64,000 nucleotides of DNA. Source: TPA_inf: Saccharomyces (taxonomy: Eukaryota). Under the pieces are notes generated by a model. It was not told the origin of the DNA and did not search any database. It saw only the letters and a program-made list of their open reading frames with translations. Made by a program: the position numbers and the translations under genes. Positions within the stretch are counted from its first letter, which is position 1, and the number at the start of each line of letters is the position of its first letter. The stretch is taken from the NCBI GenBank assembly GCA_000146045.2, contig BK006939.2, forward strand, positions 288,001 through 352,000, given 5' to 3'. Shown piece after piece: positions 13,617-24,589 of this stretch.

Positions 13617-13946
13617 TGAGGGCTAAGTTTTTATTTCTTCAATTCTATTTATCAAAATTTGGGTGTTTACTTCGAGGTGTAATTTATATTTTCTTTTGTT
13701 TTCTCTGATAAAAAAATTGGTTTCCATTCTAATGCCAAGCTAAAAGGTACCTATATATGTTTACTAATTATTTTTCTACTTTGCATATATACATAAAAAA
13801 AGTCGAATAATTTAACATGAACATTTTAAGCTGTCCTTGTAAGAAGGCCATGATACAGATTCCCCCCTGCCCCGAAATGGGGTCTAGGCAACATTGTTCT
13901 ATAAAGGAACGCAACTTTATGTGGCAACATTAAAGCAAATACATAT

Positions 13947-14327
13947 CTACTTGTGAAGCCAAAGAATTGTAATTAAATAGCACTCATTATTATTTTTGTC
14001 TTCTAGTTTATAGTTGAATATACCATCTTTTTTAGATTCCCAGGATGCGCCTATATCGTTCTTCAATGAGAAATTAGCGTTTTCTTCGTTGAGTCCTTCA
14101 ATGTTCAACGTCGTTACCGAGGCAATATATTTATACAAAGAAGAGTGCTTTTCAAGTTTTTCTAGGACCAGTTTTATAAGAAGGTTGGAAGTTGATTCGG
14201 TCGATAAATTGATTTCATTGTCATCTTTTAAACTATCATAACTTTCTTGAATTAACGTAACTAGTTTTCTTTCGGGCAGAGGAGAGTTATCACTCCTTCC
14301 ATCCTTTATTTCAATCTGCATACTCAT
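13947..14327 (-). CDS. TDA2: TDA2, 126 aa.
   Basis: The track ORF of 134 aa starts at a GTG. The first ATG gives [21 protein letters not shown]... at 126 aa, which matches Tda2. Confidence 0.85.
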   Translation of the reverse strand: MSMQIEIKDGRSDNSPLPERKLVTLIQESYDSLKDDNEINLSTESTSNLLIKLVLEKLEKHSSLYKYIASVTTLNIEGLNEENANFSLKNDIGASWESKKDGIFNYKLEDKNNNECYLITILWLHK

Positions 14328-14648
14328 TTTTTTGTTGACTTTCGTAATCACTTACTTTCACTTATCCTAAATAATTTACAGTGCGTTTTGTAAAACTGCA
14401 AGACGGTATCCGCTAATAGAGAGAAGAATACGTATTTTCTAGTAAAGAAATTTACAAAAAAGGAGGTATATTGGCATCGCTATTTTCGGATAGAATGGCA
14501 AGAGCGATTAAGTATAGCAAACTGGGAAATGTATAGAGACAAGAAATAATGAGACTCTCTCTTCAAGTATCTTTGAGCACGTATCAGATAACTAATGGTT
14601 ATATCGCTTGTTACGGTCGGTGATACTTCACTTTGAAATAGATATTAG

Positions 14649-14654
14649 CACGTG
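14649..14654. promoter_or_regulatory. CACGTG E-box (Pho4-type) 157 bp upstream of VTC1.
   Basis: GCACGTGTC at 14648-14656. VTC1 is a PHO-regulon gene; Cbf1 also binds this core sequence. Confidence 0.4.
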
Positions 14655-14727
14655 TCTCGGAGAGAAGAAAATGAATGCTGCATTATACAAAATAGATAAC
14701 AGTATTTAAGAGTCCATATTTCCATAA

Positions 14728-15195
<468 letters not shown>

Positions 15196-16029
15196 AATTG
15201 TAATTCCAATATCGTAAGCGTGGGTTACGCACAAACTGTATTTTCAAGATGCTCACAAATAATTTAGTTTCATATATACGCATATATAGAAAGTATCCAT
15301 CTATAGGTAATCATGAACAATAAAAATATTCACGTTTCAGGAGCTATTGTTTGTACTCATTACGTTTTTGGATATCAAGTTGAAAATCAGCCCCTTTCAC
15401 TAGATATCAAGCGCTATAAAAAAATTTTAATTTCGATGAGGCATCTTTCTTTTCTCTTGTGGCTATGTAAGCCTAAGAAGCCGTTTACACATCAATGATA
15501 AATAAGTATACAAAAAGGGTTCCATTTTTTTTTTTGGCCGCTACCGGACTAGCAAGGGCCTAATGGTACGCTGAGCGTAGTACAACCAAGCGCTTGTTAG
15601 CCGTAGAGTTAAGCTCTTGACTACTATTACGGTAAAAGCCGGGAACGTGCGTAACAATTTTTTTTTGCATTAGGTTAAAGAGGCTCGCTCGCGGAGCCTT
15701 TAGAATACCGCTTAAGGCGCCAAAAGATGGAAGCTATTCTCTTTCTTTTTTTTTTCACAAACTGAGAGGGGTTGTGTATCGTTAAAAATGTTGGAAGACT
15801 TCTGACTCATCACTACGCAGATTGTTAGAGTTTTTCGATGAGAATGGCTTCAAAGAACAGAACAAAACACGATTATATAAGCCCCATGTAAAAAGAACGT
15901 CTTAATTTATTTTGAATTTAGGACTTCTTGACATTTTTAGCATATATAACAATACGATAAGTGTCTCATCAAACGTGGTTAAGACAGAAAACTTCTTCAC
16001 AACATTAACAAAAAGCCAAAGAAGAAGAA

Positions 16030-17592
16030 ATGCTTTCTCGCACAAGAGCTGCAGCTCCGAATTCCAGAATATTCACTAGAAGCTTGTTACGTCTTTATTC
16101 TCAAGCACCATTACGCGTTCCAATTACTCTTCCAAATGGTTTCACCTACGAACAGCCAACAGGGTTATTCATCAATGGTGAATTTGTTGCCTCGAAGCAA
16201 AAGAAAACGTTTGACGTGATCAATCCATCTAACGAAGAAAAGATAACAACTGTATACAAGGCTATGGAAGATGATGTTGATGAAGCCGTTGCAGCGGCTA
16301 AAAAAGCTTTTGAAACGAAGTGGTCTATTGTAGAGCCGGAGGTTCGCGCTAAAGCTTTATTCAATCTCGCTGACTTGGTTGAGAAACACCAAGAAACACT
16401 GGCTGCCATTGAGTCAATGGATAATGGTAAGTCATTGTTTTGTGCGCGCGGTGACGTCGCTTTAGTATCTAAATACTTGCGTTCTTGCGGTGGTTGGGCA
16501 GATAAAATCTACGGTAACGTTATTGACACAGGTAAAAACCATTTTACCTACTCAATTAAGGAACCATTAGGCGTTTGCGGCCAAATAATCCCTTGGAACT
16601 TCCCTTTATTGATGTGGTCATGGAAAATTGGGCCTGCTCTGGCTACAGGTAACACCGTCGTATTGAAACCCGCTGAAACAACACCTTTATCTGCCCTTTT
16701 CGCTTCCCAGTTGTGTCAGGAAGCAGGCATACCCGCTGGTGTAGTCAATATCCTTCCGGGTTCCGGTAGAGTTGTTGGAGAAAGATTGAGTGCACACCCA
16801 GACGTGAAGAAGATTGCTTTTACAGGCTCTACTGCCACCGGCCGCCATATTATGAAGGTCGCTGCCGATACTGTCAAGAAAGTCACTTTGGAGCTGGGAG
16901 GTAAATCACCAAATATTGTGTTTGCTGACGCTGATCTAGATAAAGCCGTCAAGAACATTGCCTTCGGTATTTTTTACAACTCTGGTGAAGTTTGCTGCGC
17001 TGGTTCCAGAATATACATTCAAGATACAGTATACGAGGAGGTGTTGCAAAAACTAAAGGATTACACCGAGTCACTAAAGGTCGGTGACCCATTTGATGAG
17101 GAAGTTTTCCAAGGTGCTCAAACATCTGACAAACAGCTGCATAAAATTTTAGACTATGTCGATGTAGCAAAATCAGAGGGGGCTCGTCTTGTGACTGGAG
17201 GGGCCAGACATGGCAGTAAAGGTTATTTTGTCAAGCCAACAGTGTTTGCTGATGTCAAAGAAGATATGAGAATTGTTAAGGAGGAAGTGTTTGGTCCCAT
17301 TGTAACTGTATCCAAGTTTTCTACTGTTGATGAAGTGATTGCTATGGCAAATGATTCTCAATATGGGTTAGCCGCAGGTATTCACACTAACGATATTAAC
17401 AAGGCTGTTGATGTGTCCAAAAGAGTGAAAGCTGGTACTGTTTGGATAAATACCTATAACAACTTCCACCAAAATGTTCCTTTCGGTGGCTTCGGCCAGT
17501 CAGGTATTGGCCGTGAAATGGGTGAGGCTGCTTTAAGTAACTACACTCAAACAAAATCTGTCAGAATTGCCATTGACAAGCCAATTCGTTGA
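16030..17592 (+). CDS. ALD5: ALD5, mitochondrial aldehyde dehydrogenase, 520 aa.
   Basis: 520-aa ORF with an N-terminal mitochondrial presequence and the ALDH active-site motifs (ELGGKSP; [13 protein letters not shown]). Confidence 0.95.
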   Translation: MLSRTRAAAPNSRIFTRSLLRLYSQAPLRVPITLPNGFTYEQPTGLFINGEFVASKQKKTFDVINPSNEEKITTVYKAMEDDVDEAVAAAKKAFETKWSIVEPEVRAKALFNLADLVEKHQETLAAIESMDNGKSLFCARGDVALVSKYLRSCGGWADKIYGNVIDTGKNHFTYSIKEPLGVCGQIIPWNFPLLMWSWKIGPALATGNTVVLKPAETTPLSALFASQLCQEAGIPAGVVNILPGSGRVVGERLSAHPDVKKIAFTGSTATGRHIMKVAADTVKKVTLELGGKSPNIVFADADLDKAVKNIAFGIFYNSGEVCCAGSRIYIQDTVYEEVLQKLKDYTESLKVGDPFDEEVFQGAQTSDKQLHKILDYVDVAKSEGARLVTGGARHGSKGYFVKPTVFADVKEDMRIVKEEVFGPIVTVSKFSTVDEVIAMANDSQYGLAAGIHTNDINKAVDVSKRVKAGTVWINTYNNFHQNVPFGGFGQSGIGREMGEAALSNYTQTKSVRIAIDKPIR

Positions 17593-17984
17593 AGTAACTC
17601 AGGCCCGAGTTGACTGCTCATTGAAGGTATGTATGATAAACATTATAGAATAATGAAAAATGCCTCGTGACATACAGATAAAATCTAACAAGGATATATT
17701 CAAAAAAAAAAAAACAAAACAAAAAAATAATAACGTGATAAACATTAATGAACAATGTATTTACATTCTTAAGCATAGGTGAGAAATTACCTTCTTTACT
17801 TTTTTTTTTTTTTTTGGTGATATTGTATATTGAAATATATAGTAATCAAATTCGTTTCATTGATCAAATTGCTCACTAGTTCTGTTTTTCAAAATTTCAT
17901 CTTTATAGGTAGATACAAGTGCCAGAGAGATATATAAACAGAAAACTCTATCGATGTGATAATGTATGCCAATATCGGGACTGT

Positions 17985-18014
17985 ACACCCACACATTTAC
18001 AAGCCCACACATCC
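17985..18014 (+). promoter_or_regulatory. Tandem Rap1 binding sites in the RPS24A promoter.
   Basis: ACACCCACACATT at 17985-17997 and GCCCACACATCC at 18003-18014, about 310-340 bp upstream of the RPS24A ATG. This is the typical arrangement for a ribosomal protein gene. Confidence 0.65.
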
Positions 18015-18322
18015 TACAACTTTCTTTTCATTTCTTGCGCTTCTTCCACTGTCATAAAATATGATTGTCCGATGCCGCAGCCTACGCCTCGGCGAGTATT
18101 CATCACCTAAGCGTCCTGTAGGCGGGGCCACGCAGTCACTAACGGAATACTCCAGAAGGCTGCTTCCTTTGGAAGGAAGTTTCACTCGGTTGTCCACCCA
18201 GCGCTTTAACTTTGTCTCAGCGAAGAAGAATTGAATAACTATAGTGAATTTCAAGAGCTAGAGGATGGTTAGGTATTAGTTCAAAACAAAGATTTCAAGA
18301 AACCAACATAGATTAAGCAGAA

Positions 18323-19196
18323 ATGGTATGTTAAAAAGTGCTCAGATGAAAGATGACGTCCCATATTCCATGTTAAAGTTGCCATGAGTTAGTATAAAAG
18401 GCAATAAAGGTACCATAACGAGAAAAGAAAGTAAAAGAAGAAATGTTTTGCAAATTTAAGGTGGCGTAACAGCAACTATTGGCTAATATATTAATGGCAA
18501 TCATTGTGAAAAGAAATGTGAAATCCGTATCGTAATTGGTTAAATTTATAACTCAAATTTAAACACTCGAATAGCTGACCCGTAATATTTTATCCCGCTT
18601 TAAGAGTTCAACGCTAAAAAATGATATCTAGCTAACCATTATGCTACAGGAACCTTTTTTGGACTATTATCCCTATCATGAAAACTGGAAGGATCTTTCA
18701 AGGACGCCATTTCCAAAGATTTCCCCCACACTGGAACCTATTTTACTAACAATTTTTAAAATGGTTTTTTACCTAAATTGTTTTTTCTCAGTCTGACGCT
18801 GTTACTATCCGTACTAGAAAGGTTATCTCCAACCCATTGTTGGCCAGAAAGCAATTCGTCGTCGACGTCTTGCACCCAAACAGAGCTAATGTCTCCAAGG
18901 ATGAATTGCGTGAAAAATTAGCTGAAGTCTACAAGGCTGAAAAGGACGCTGTCTCCGTTTTCGGTTTCAGAACCCAATTTGGTGGTGGTAAGTCTGTTGG
19001 TTTCGGTTTGGTCTACAACTCTGTTGCCGAAGCTAAGAAGTTCGAACCAACTTACAGATTAGTCAGATACGGTTTGGCTGAAAAGGTTGAAAAGGCTTCC
19101 AGACAACAAAGAAAGCAAAAGAAGAACAGAGACAAGAAGATCTTCGGTACTGGTAAGAGATTGGCTAAGAAGGTTGCTCGTCGTAACGCCGATTAA
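18323..19196 (+). CDS. RPS24A: RPS24A, ribosomal protein S24, 135 aa, spliced. Exon 1 is 18323..18325 (ATG only), the intron is 18326..18791, and exon 2 is 18792..19196.
   Basis: ATG is followed directly by the GTATGT 5' splice site. TACTAAC lies at 18744-18750 and the 3' splice site is ...ttctcag|TCT at 18789-18791. Exon 2 encodes [48 protein letters not shown]... through to the C-terminal ...KKVARRNAD. Confidence 0.92.
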
Positions 19197-19652
19197 GCAA
19201 ACTAACTTCAAAACGTTAAATCATTTTTACGGATTGTTTAGTTTTCTATATATAAATATGTGTATCTTTTTCCAATAAAAAATATAATCAATAATTTTAA
19301 GAGATCCGTGGATTCATTTCGTAATAGAAAATCTCGGAAAAATGGTACAGAATATTGTTGGCTAAGTGCTTCAGATTGCATCATCAGAAAAGTAAAAATA
19401 CCCCCGTAATCCATCTTCTCTACATTTAATCTCATAGTGCTCGTAATGTCTCGAAATTTGTCTTTCGTGATCATTGCACAGTCTTTTCATTTGTCACAGT
19501 CACGTGATTACATTTAAGTACAGTATATCCAAAAAATTAGCTGGACTGGGAGCCTTCTCAATAAGTTGGCGGTTTATATACTCAAACCTATTAATAGGAA
19601 AGAACTCACAAAAGAAGCCTTTTGGAAGAGAAAACTTTGATATAGAGGGGAT

Positions 19653-20123
19653 ATGGTACTGTTTGGACTAGGTAGACTATTTTACGTCATTTTATTATTG
19701 ATTAATGCCGTTGCAGTACTGAGCGAAGAAAGGTTCTTAAGAAGAAGTATGTAAACAGGAGAGGCAACCATAAACAACTTATTTTAAAGCAACAATTAAT
19801 ACTAACTTTATTGAATATGCTAATACATTATTTCACCGATTTTTGCAGTTGGCCTTGGAAGATCAAATGATGAGACACCTGTTTTTGGTCAGGATCAAAA
19901 TACCACGAAGTCCAAGGTTGTTCAATTGATTGGCGCCGTACAGACATTACTGAGGAGTATGTTATGTTGATGGAGAACGGTTAAAGTTACATTTCATCAG
20001 TTTTTTCCCGTTCTTTTTCACCTTTTGTGAGAAAATTTTACTAACGTTTCGTATATTATTCTTGTAGTACCATTAATTGGAATAAATATACTGGTGATTG
20101 TTTATGAATTACTATTGGGATGA
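19653..20123 (+). CDS. YOS1: YOS1, small ER-to-Golgi transport membrane protein, 85 aa, two introns. Exons are 19653..19746, 19849..19956 and 20068..20123.
   Basis: Exon 1 encodes MVLFGLGRLFYVILLLINAVAVLSEERFLRR plus one extra base. Intron 1 has GTATGT at 19747, TACTAAC at 19800 and a 3' cag at 19846-19848. Exon 2 encodes IGLGRSNDETPVFGQDQNTTKSKVVQLIGAVQTLLR plus one extra base. Intron 2 has GTATGT at 19957, TACTAAC at 20039 and a 3' tag at 20065-20067. Exon 3 encodes IPLIGINILVIVYELLLG and then a stop. Confidence 0.85.
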
Positions 20124-20412
20124 ACTAAGCGTACGAAGCAAATATTACATACTACTATATACAAGAAACAGGCTCTAATAGTTTTTTTTTCCCTTCACCT
20201 TTTCGGTTTTAGCTTTATTATAAAAGATATGAACAAAACCTCCAAGGGTAGTGGTAGCATGGTATGTGAAATTAGAGAGTTCATGCATAACTTGAAATGA
20301 AAATAATACTCTGTTACGTAGCTAACTACTGCCAAATATGTATCGAAAATATCAATTATTAAGGGGTTTCGTATTAATAAAATAGAGATCAAATACATTC
20401 ATATTAGCCTAA

Positions 20413-23199
20413 CTATTGTGGCAATTCTTTCAACTTATCATCCACGAATGTCTGCAAGATCTCTAATTTTTCGATTTGTTCAATTAATGCACTTAATGAT
20501 ATATTGTCCTTGTTACTTCCATCACCATCCGTTCTCTCTGTTATGTCATCAAGACGTAATCTAAAGTAAAATAGCAAGCAGTCATAAATGAAAATAAATT
20601 GATTAATGTTCTGGACCATGGATATTCGTTGCTTTCTAAAAATATTAATTGTCCATGAAATTGGATCGAATAACTTTGCCGGGTATTTTAATTTAACAAA
20701 CTCTTTCTGCAACATTTCAAACATTTCGAAATTGGATAGAATGGAATCAATGGTACACAAAGTACCAGTCCTTCCACAACCTGCGGAACAATGAACCAAA
20801 ATGGTAGGAAGTTGGTCGTTTTGATAGTAATTTCTGGCAAATAGTGTATCTATTATGTGATTCTTGACATTGATTGCTTGTAAGATTGAGATAGGATTGA
20901 GTAAAGTGCCCAAATCAGGCCAATTTTTCACCTGAATCTGTAACAATTCATAAGGTTTCTCTTGATCATGATATGTTAGCAGAATTTTTCTTATGAGAAT
21001 TGCGTCATCATCATCATCATCATCATCATCACAAGCAGCAGCAGTAACAGCAATATTACTATTGTTATTGTTATTATTATTGTTGTCATTATCATTATCA
21101 TTATCAGTACTATAGTTACTACTATTTCCCTGAACACCAGCTGAATATAAACTACTATTTTGTGTTCCCATAGTATTTTTCCTCATGCTAGTAGTGCTAG
21201 GCATCTTTAATATTTTTTTTTCTAACAATTTAACGTGAATACCGTTATAATTACCTTCTTGCCAATATCGATAACATTTCTCAATGCCATTTTCGAAATC
21301 ATTTGTCAATGAGAGAACCAACGGAACGCCATTATTCAATATGCATGTATAAAAGTCATGTACAGTGGAGGGCATTGGAGCTTGCGTCGCTATATAGCGC
21401 ACTCTTCTTGTTGTGGTTGTAGTTGTTTGAAATGACGAATTTTGCTCTACAGAAAACCTTGGCAGAGACAAATAGTTTGCGTTGATATAATTGTCGAGGA
21501 TGCCACCATCGGAAGTAGAATGTGAATGCTTGATACCTTTTGATGATTGCAAACCTTTTTTTAGAATCACTCTCGAATGCTCGTAGGGAAAAATATCCTT
21601 GTACCTGTTCTTGGCTCCTAATTCAACGCCTGATGATATTATAACGTCATCTGACTCCGAATCGGAATCTGATTCAAGGCTGAGCATCGATTTATATTTA
21701 CTGTATTGAGTGAAGATTGGCTGAGAATGCGACCTCTTTTGTACTTTGTTCACGTCAGGAAATTTTGGAGGCATGATTGTTGAAGAAGAAGTTGATGTTA
21801 ACTGTTCAGGATATGATGATGGCTTTTCAAGTATAAACGAGTTTTCCTTCTTCCTGAAAGAGACAGAATGGTTCAAGCGCCTTTTTTCCAAAAAATCTAA
21901 TTTTTGAAACTGAGAAACCAACTCGATCTTGGGTATTGACATCAGATGCTGGAACCATTCAGGTATAACGGAGTCAATGACCTCCTTTTCGTAATTTTTG
22001 CTCAGGTTTTCGTATCTGATCTGAAACCCTAGTTTGTCTTTATTAGTGTCCTTTTCTAGAGAATTTTGGTTCTTTGGGAATTGGAAGTTTTGTAAAGATT
22101 TTTTGGCAGAATCGTTATTATACCATCTTTCATGTTCTTCTTTGATGTTGACTGCACTCAAATACGTCTCTAAACCCATTATTTCTTCATTTTGCGAAAA
22201 TTTGAACATTTGGTTTATGTTTGTTTGTGGTGCAGGCAGCTGGAACTTAAATAAGGCAGATATGGGGGAAGAAGAAGACATGGGAGAATCTGATAGGACG
22301 TTACGCGGAGAGGGAGAACTGGAAAAGTTTGAATGATCTGACCTACTATCGTCAGGAACTTTCAACTTAAGGTTCATTTGCGGAGACGATAGTGGTGTTG
22401 TCGCCGTCATATGCGGCGCTGTGTTGTGTAGACTGTTCATAAGGTTTGTCTTGGGGCTTTTAGGTTCAGCCGAACTAATGCAATCTGAGTTAAATGTGTT
22501 GGTGTTTATATGGTCTGGAAATAGAATTTTGAATTGAGGAAAACCACACATTAGTATAGACACGGTTTTTTTAACATTAGTATCAAACTCTATTAGCTTG
22601 GACGCTATTCCATAACAAGGTAAAGAAACAGAACTTTCCGTTTGATTTGCGGTGCTATCATAAATGATAATCCGAAGGTTATCGATGGCCAGTTTAGATT
22701 TCAACACGCTTTGCTCGCTAGGAGTTAAGTTGTCCAAGAGTTTGGAAAAGGTGAAATTTTTCCTCCTCAGCAGCGTGGAAGGCAAACATACATGAATGGA
22801 GTTTGTGATAATGGATTTGGCATGTTCGGTAAACGGCCTAACATCAAGTAAGAGCACCTTTTCATCTGGTAAGGTTTCAATAATCTTGCCCAGTTCTACA
22901 GCAGTAATTAGCGAACAACCCTGCGGCTTATTATATCGCTGTTCCTTGGGCTTGAAGCTTGGCAGGACAGGAGCGGTCGCCCTCTTCAATAACACCGGCG
23001 AAGATGTCTTATAGCTCACCAAAGGGCTACTGGCTTTGGGGCTGTGGTATATGTTGCTGTTCATGCTGTTATGATAACTGTTCATAGGAGCATGCCTCGA
23101 ATATACATGCGAACTCGATCCGACCAAAGTGCTAGTCTCGGAAAGCACTGAAGTGCGGTCGGTGGGTAGAATGCTTGGGCAGTCTACACTGTCCTTCAT
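20413..23199 (-). CDS. PTP3: PTP3, protein tyrosine phosphatase acting on Hog1/Fus3, 928 aa.
   Basis: 928-aa ORF with a rhodanese-like domain and a C-terminal PTP catalytic domain (VHCSAGCGRTG). The length is exact. Confidence 0.95.
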   Translation of the reverse strand: MKDSVDCPSILPTDRTSVLSETSTLVGSSSHVYSRHAPMNSYHNSMNSNIYHSPKASSPLVSYKTSSPVLLKRATAPVLPSFKPKEQRYNKPQGCSLITAVELGKIIETLPDEKVLLLDVRPFTEHAKSIITNSIHVCLPSTLLRRKNFTFSKLLDNLTPSEQSVLKSKLAIDNLRIIIYDSTANQTESSVSLPCYGIASKLIEFDTNVKKTVSILMCGFPQFKILFPDHINTNTFNSDCISSAEPKSPKTNLMNSLHNTAPHMTATTPLSSPQMNLKLKVPDDSRSDHSNFSSSPSPRNVLSDSPMSSSSPISALFKFQLPAPQTNINQMFKFSQNEEIMGLETYLSAVNIKEEHERWYNNDSAKKSLQNFQFPKNQNSLEKDTNKDKLGFQIRYENLSKNYEKEVIDSVIPEWFQHLMSIPKIELVSQFQKLDFLEKRRLNHSVSFRKKENSFILEKPSSYPEQLTSTSSSTIMPPKFPDVNKVQKRSHSQPIFTQYSKYKSMLSLESDSDSESDDVIISSGVELGAKNRYKDIFPYEHSRVILKKGLQSSKGIKHSHSTSDGGILDNYINANYLSLPRFSVEQNSSFQTTTTTTRRVRYIATQAPMPSTVHDFYTCILNNGVPLVLSLTNDFENGIEKCYRYWQEGNYNGIHVKLLEKKILKMPSTTSMRKNTMGTQNSSLYSAGVQGNSSNYSTDNDNDNDNNNNNNNNSNIAVTAAACDDDDDDDDDAILIRKILLTYHDQEKPYELLQIQVKNWPDLGTLLNPISILQAINVKNHIIDTLFARNYYQNDQLPTILVHCSAGCGRTGTLCTIDSILSNFEMFEMLQKEFVKLKYPAKLFDPISWTINIFRKQRISMVQNINQFIFIYDCLLFYFRLRLDDITERTDGDGSNKDNISLSALIEQIEKLEILQTFVDDKLKELPQ
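21003..21107. repeat. Coding trinucleotide repeat inside PTP3: (ATC)9, then (GCA)3, then an (ATT/GTT) tract. It encodes a poly-Asp run followed by poly-Asn/Asp-Asn.
   Basis: tcatcatcatcatcatcatcatcatc...gcagcagca...attgttattgttattattattgttgtcattatcattatcattatc, which translates on the minus strand to NDNDNDNNNNNNNNSN...AAACDDDDDDDDDA. Confidence 0.9.
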
Positions 23200-24022
23200 G
23201 TTCTATATGATAAGTAGATCTGTGTTGCTGATGGAGAAGGGAGATACAATACGGATTTTCTATGAACTTTGCAGTGATAAGAGCACCTACGCTATTATAA
23301 CACCGATGTTAGAATAATATGCAAGTTTGTGGTCTGTGTATACAGTTCTTTGTTTGTGCTTGAAGTGATGATGTTACATGTCAAAGAAAGAAAACCGCTA
23401 AGGTCAATGAAAATATAGTGTTACATCCGCCGGTGCAAATGGCGAGGAGAAGATTGGACTCTTGCGCATCGAACACTACCTATCTGCATCCATCCATGCC
23501 AGGTGCGCAAACTGTTGGGTCTGGCTAACACCACATTCTCGCTGCGCTGTGTTCTCCGATGACGTTTTGCCGCAAAATATTTTTTTCATGAAGGTCTTTT
23601 CTTTTCGTTCAGCGTCAGCGGGCCCAAATCTCAAAGTCGCCGCCATTCTGTTTAATGTTTAAAGTTTCCGCTCACTACACCAAGATGGCAGCAGGAGATG
23701 CCAGAAAAAGCGTGGGGTCTGGTCTGGTTAGATATTAGAAGTACATACACATCGGTGGGTGTGTAGCAGTGGCGACACATAAAATGGCCATAATGGGGGT
23801 GATTTTACGTATAGCATACATAGACATCTGTCGTTGAGGTTCGCTACCAGTGAACGGATTTAACGAGCAAGCAGCGAAAGTAGCCGAAAACCTCTTATTG
23901 TTAATAGTCATTTAGCAGCCGTTCTGCTGCTGTTTTCCTGTGGGGTGAGGTGGGCTGTGATTCGGTAAACTCGCTTGCGGTCTAACAAAAACAGAGAAAA
24001 ACTTGGTACAAAAAGATTTCAT

Positions 24023-24095
24023 TGGACGCAACCGGAATCGAACCGATGACCTCTTCCTTGCAAGGGAAGCGCGCTACCAACTGCGCCATGTGCCC
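24023..24095 (-). tRNA. tA(UGC): tRNA-Ala, anticodon UGC, 73 nt.
   Basis: Reverse complement GGGCACATGGCGCAGTTGGTAGCGCGCTTCCCTTGCAAGGAAGAGGTCATCGGTTCGATTCCGGTTGCGTCCA. It has the G3:U70 Ala identity pair, anticodon loop CU-UGC-AA, and a T5 terminator just downstream (forward ~24011-24015). Confidence 0.9.
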
Positions 24096-24179
24096 AGAAT
24101 TTCTGTATGTGTTGGATCTCAACACGGGGTACCTCCGTATAAGCAATTTTAACCCGTAGATGATTTTAGAGTTTCGTTC

Positions 24180-24452
24180 CTACACGCATGAAAAAGGTAA
24201 GATTGAGTATGCCTAAGATGAACCAATCAAAGTTATAAATACCTGAAGAAATGAGTTTAGATCTGTTGGATGGTGAAACATAAAAAACAGAATGAGGAAT
24301 AATCGTAATATTTTTATGTAGAAATATCAAGTCCATTGTAAGGATTCTAATATCCTCGAGGAGAACTTCTAGTATATTCTGTATACATAATATTATTGCC
24401 TTTATCAACAACGGAATCCCAACAATCATCTCAAAGTTCACCAAAAGTCTCA
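24180..24452 (+). mobile_element. Solo Ty1/Ty2 delta LTR remnant, diverged and possibly composite in its 5' half. It lies about 85-350 bp upstream of tRNA-Ala.
   Basis: 24283-24452 aligns closely to the 3' half of delta (AAAACGGAATGAGGAATAATCGTAATATT...CCTCGAGGAGAACTTCTAGTATAT...ATTATTGCCTT...GGAATCCCAACAAT...TCTCA). 24180-24282 shows weaker delta 5'-half similarity plus a TGTTGGAT motif. Confidence 0.7.
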
Positions 24453-24589
24453 AGATCCGACTTAAATCTTATATAATATGTAGAATTGCCTGCAAAAGTG
24501 TACGATTTTACAATAAAAAACGTCGAATTAGCTTTTCGCATACGTCTCAACCAAGAGGAGAGCGGTAAAAATTATGGGAAACTCAATCG

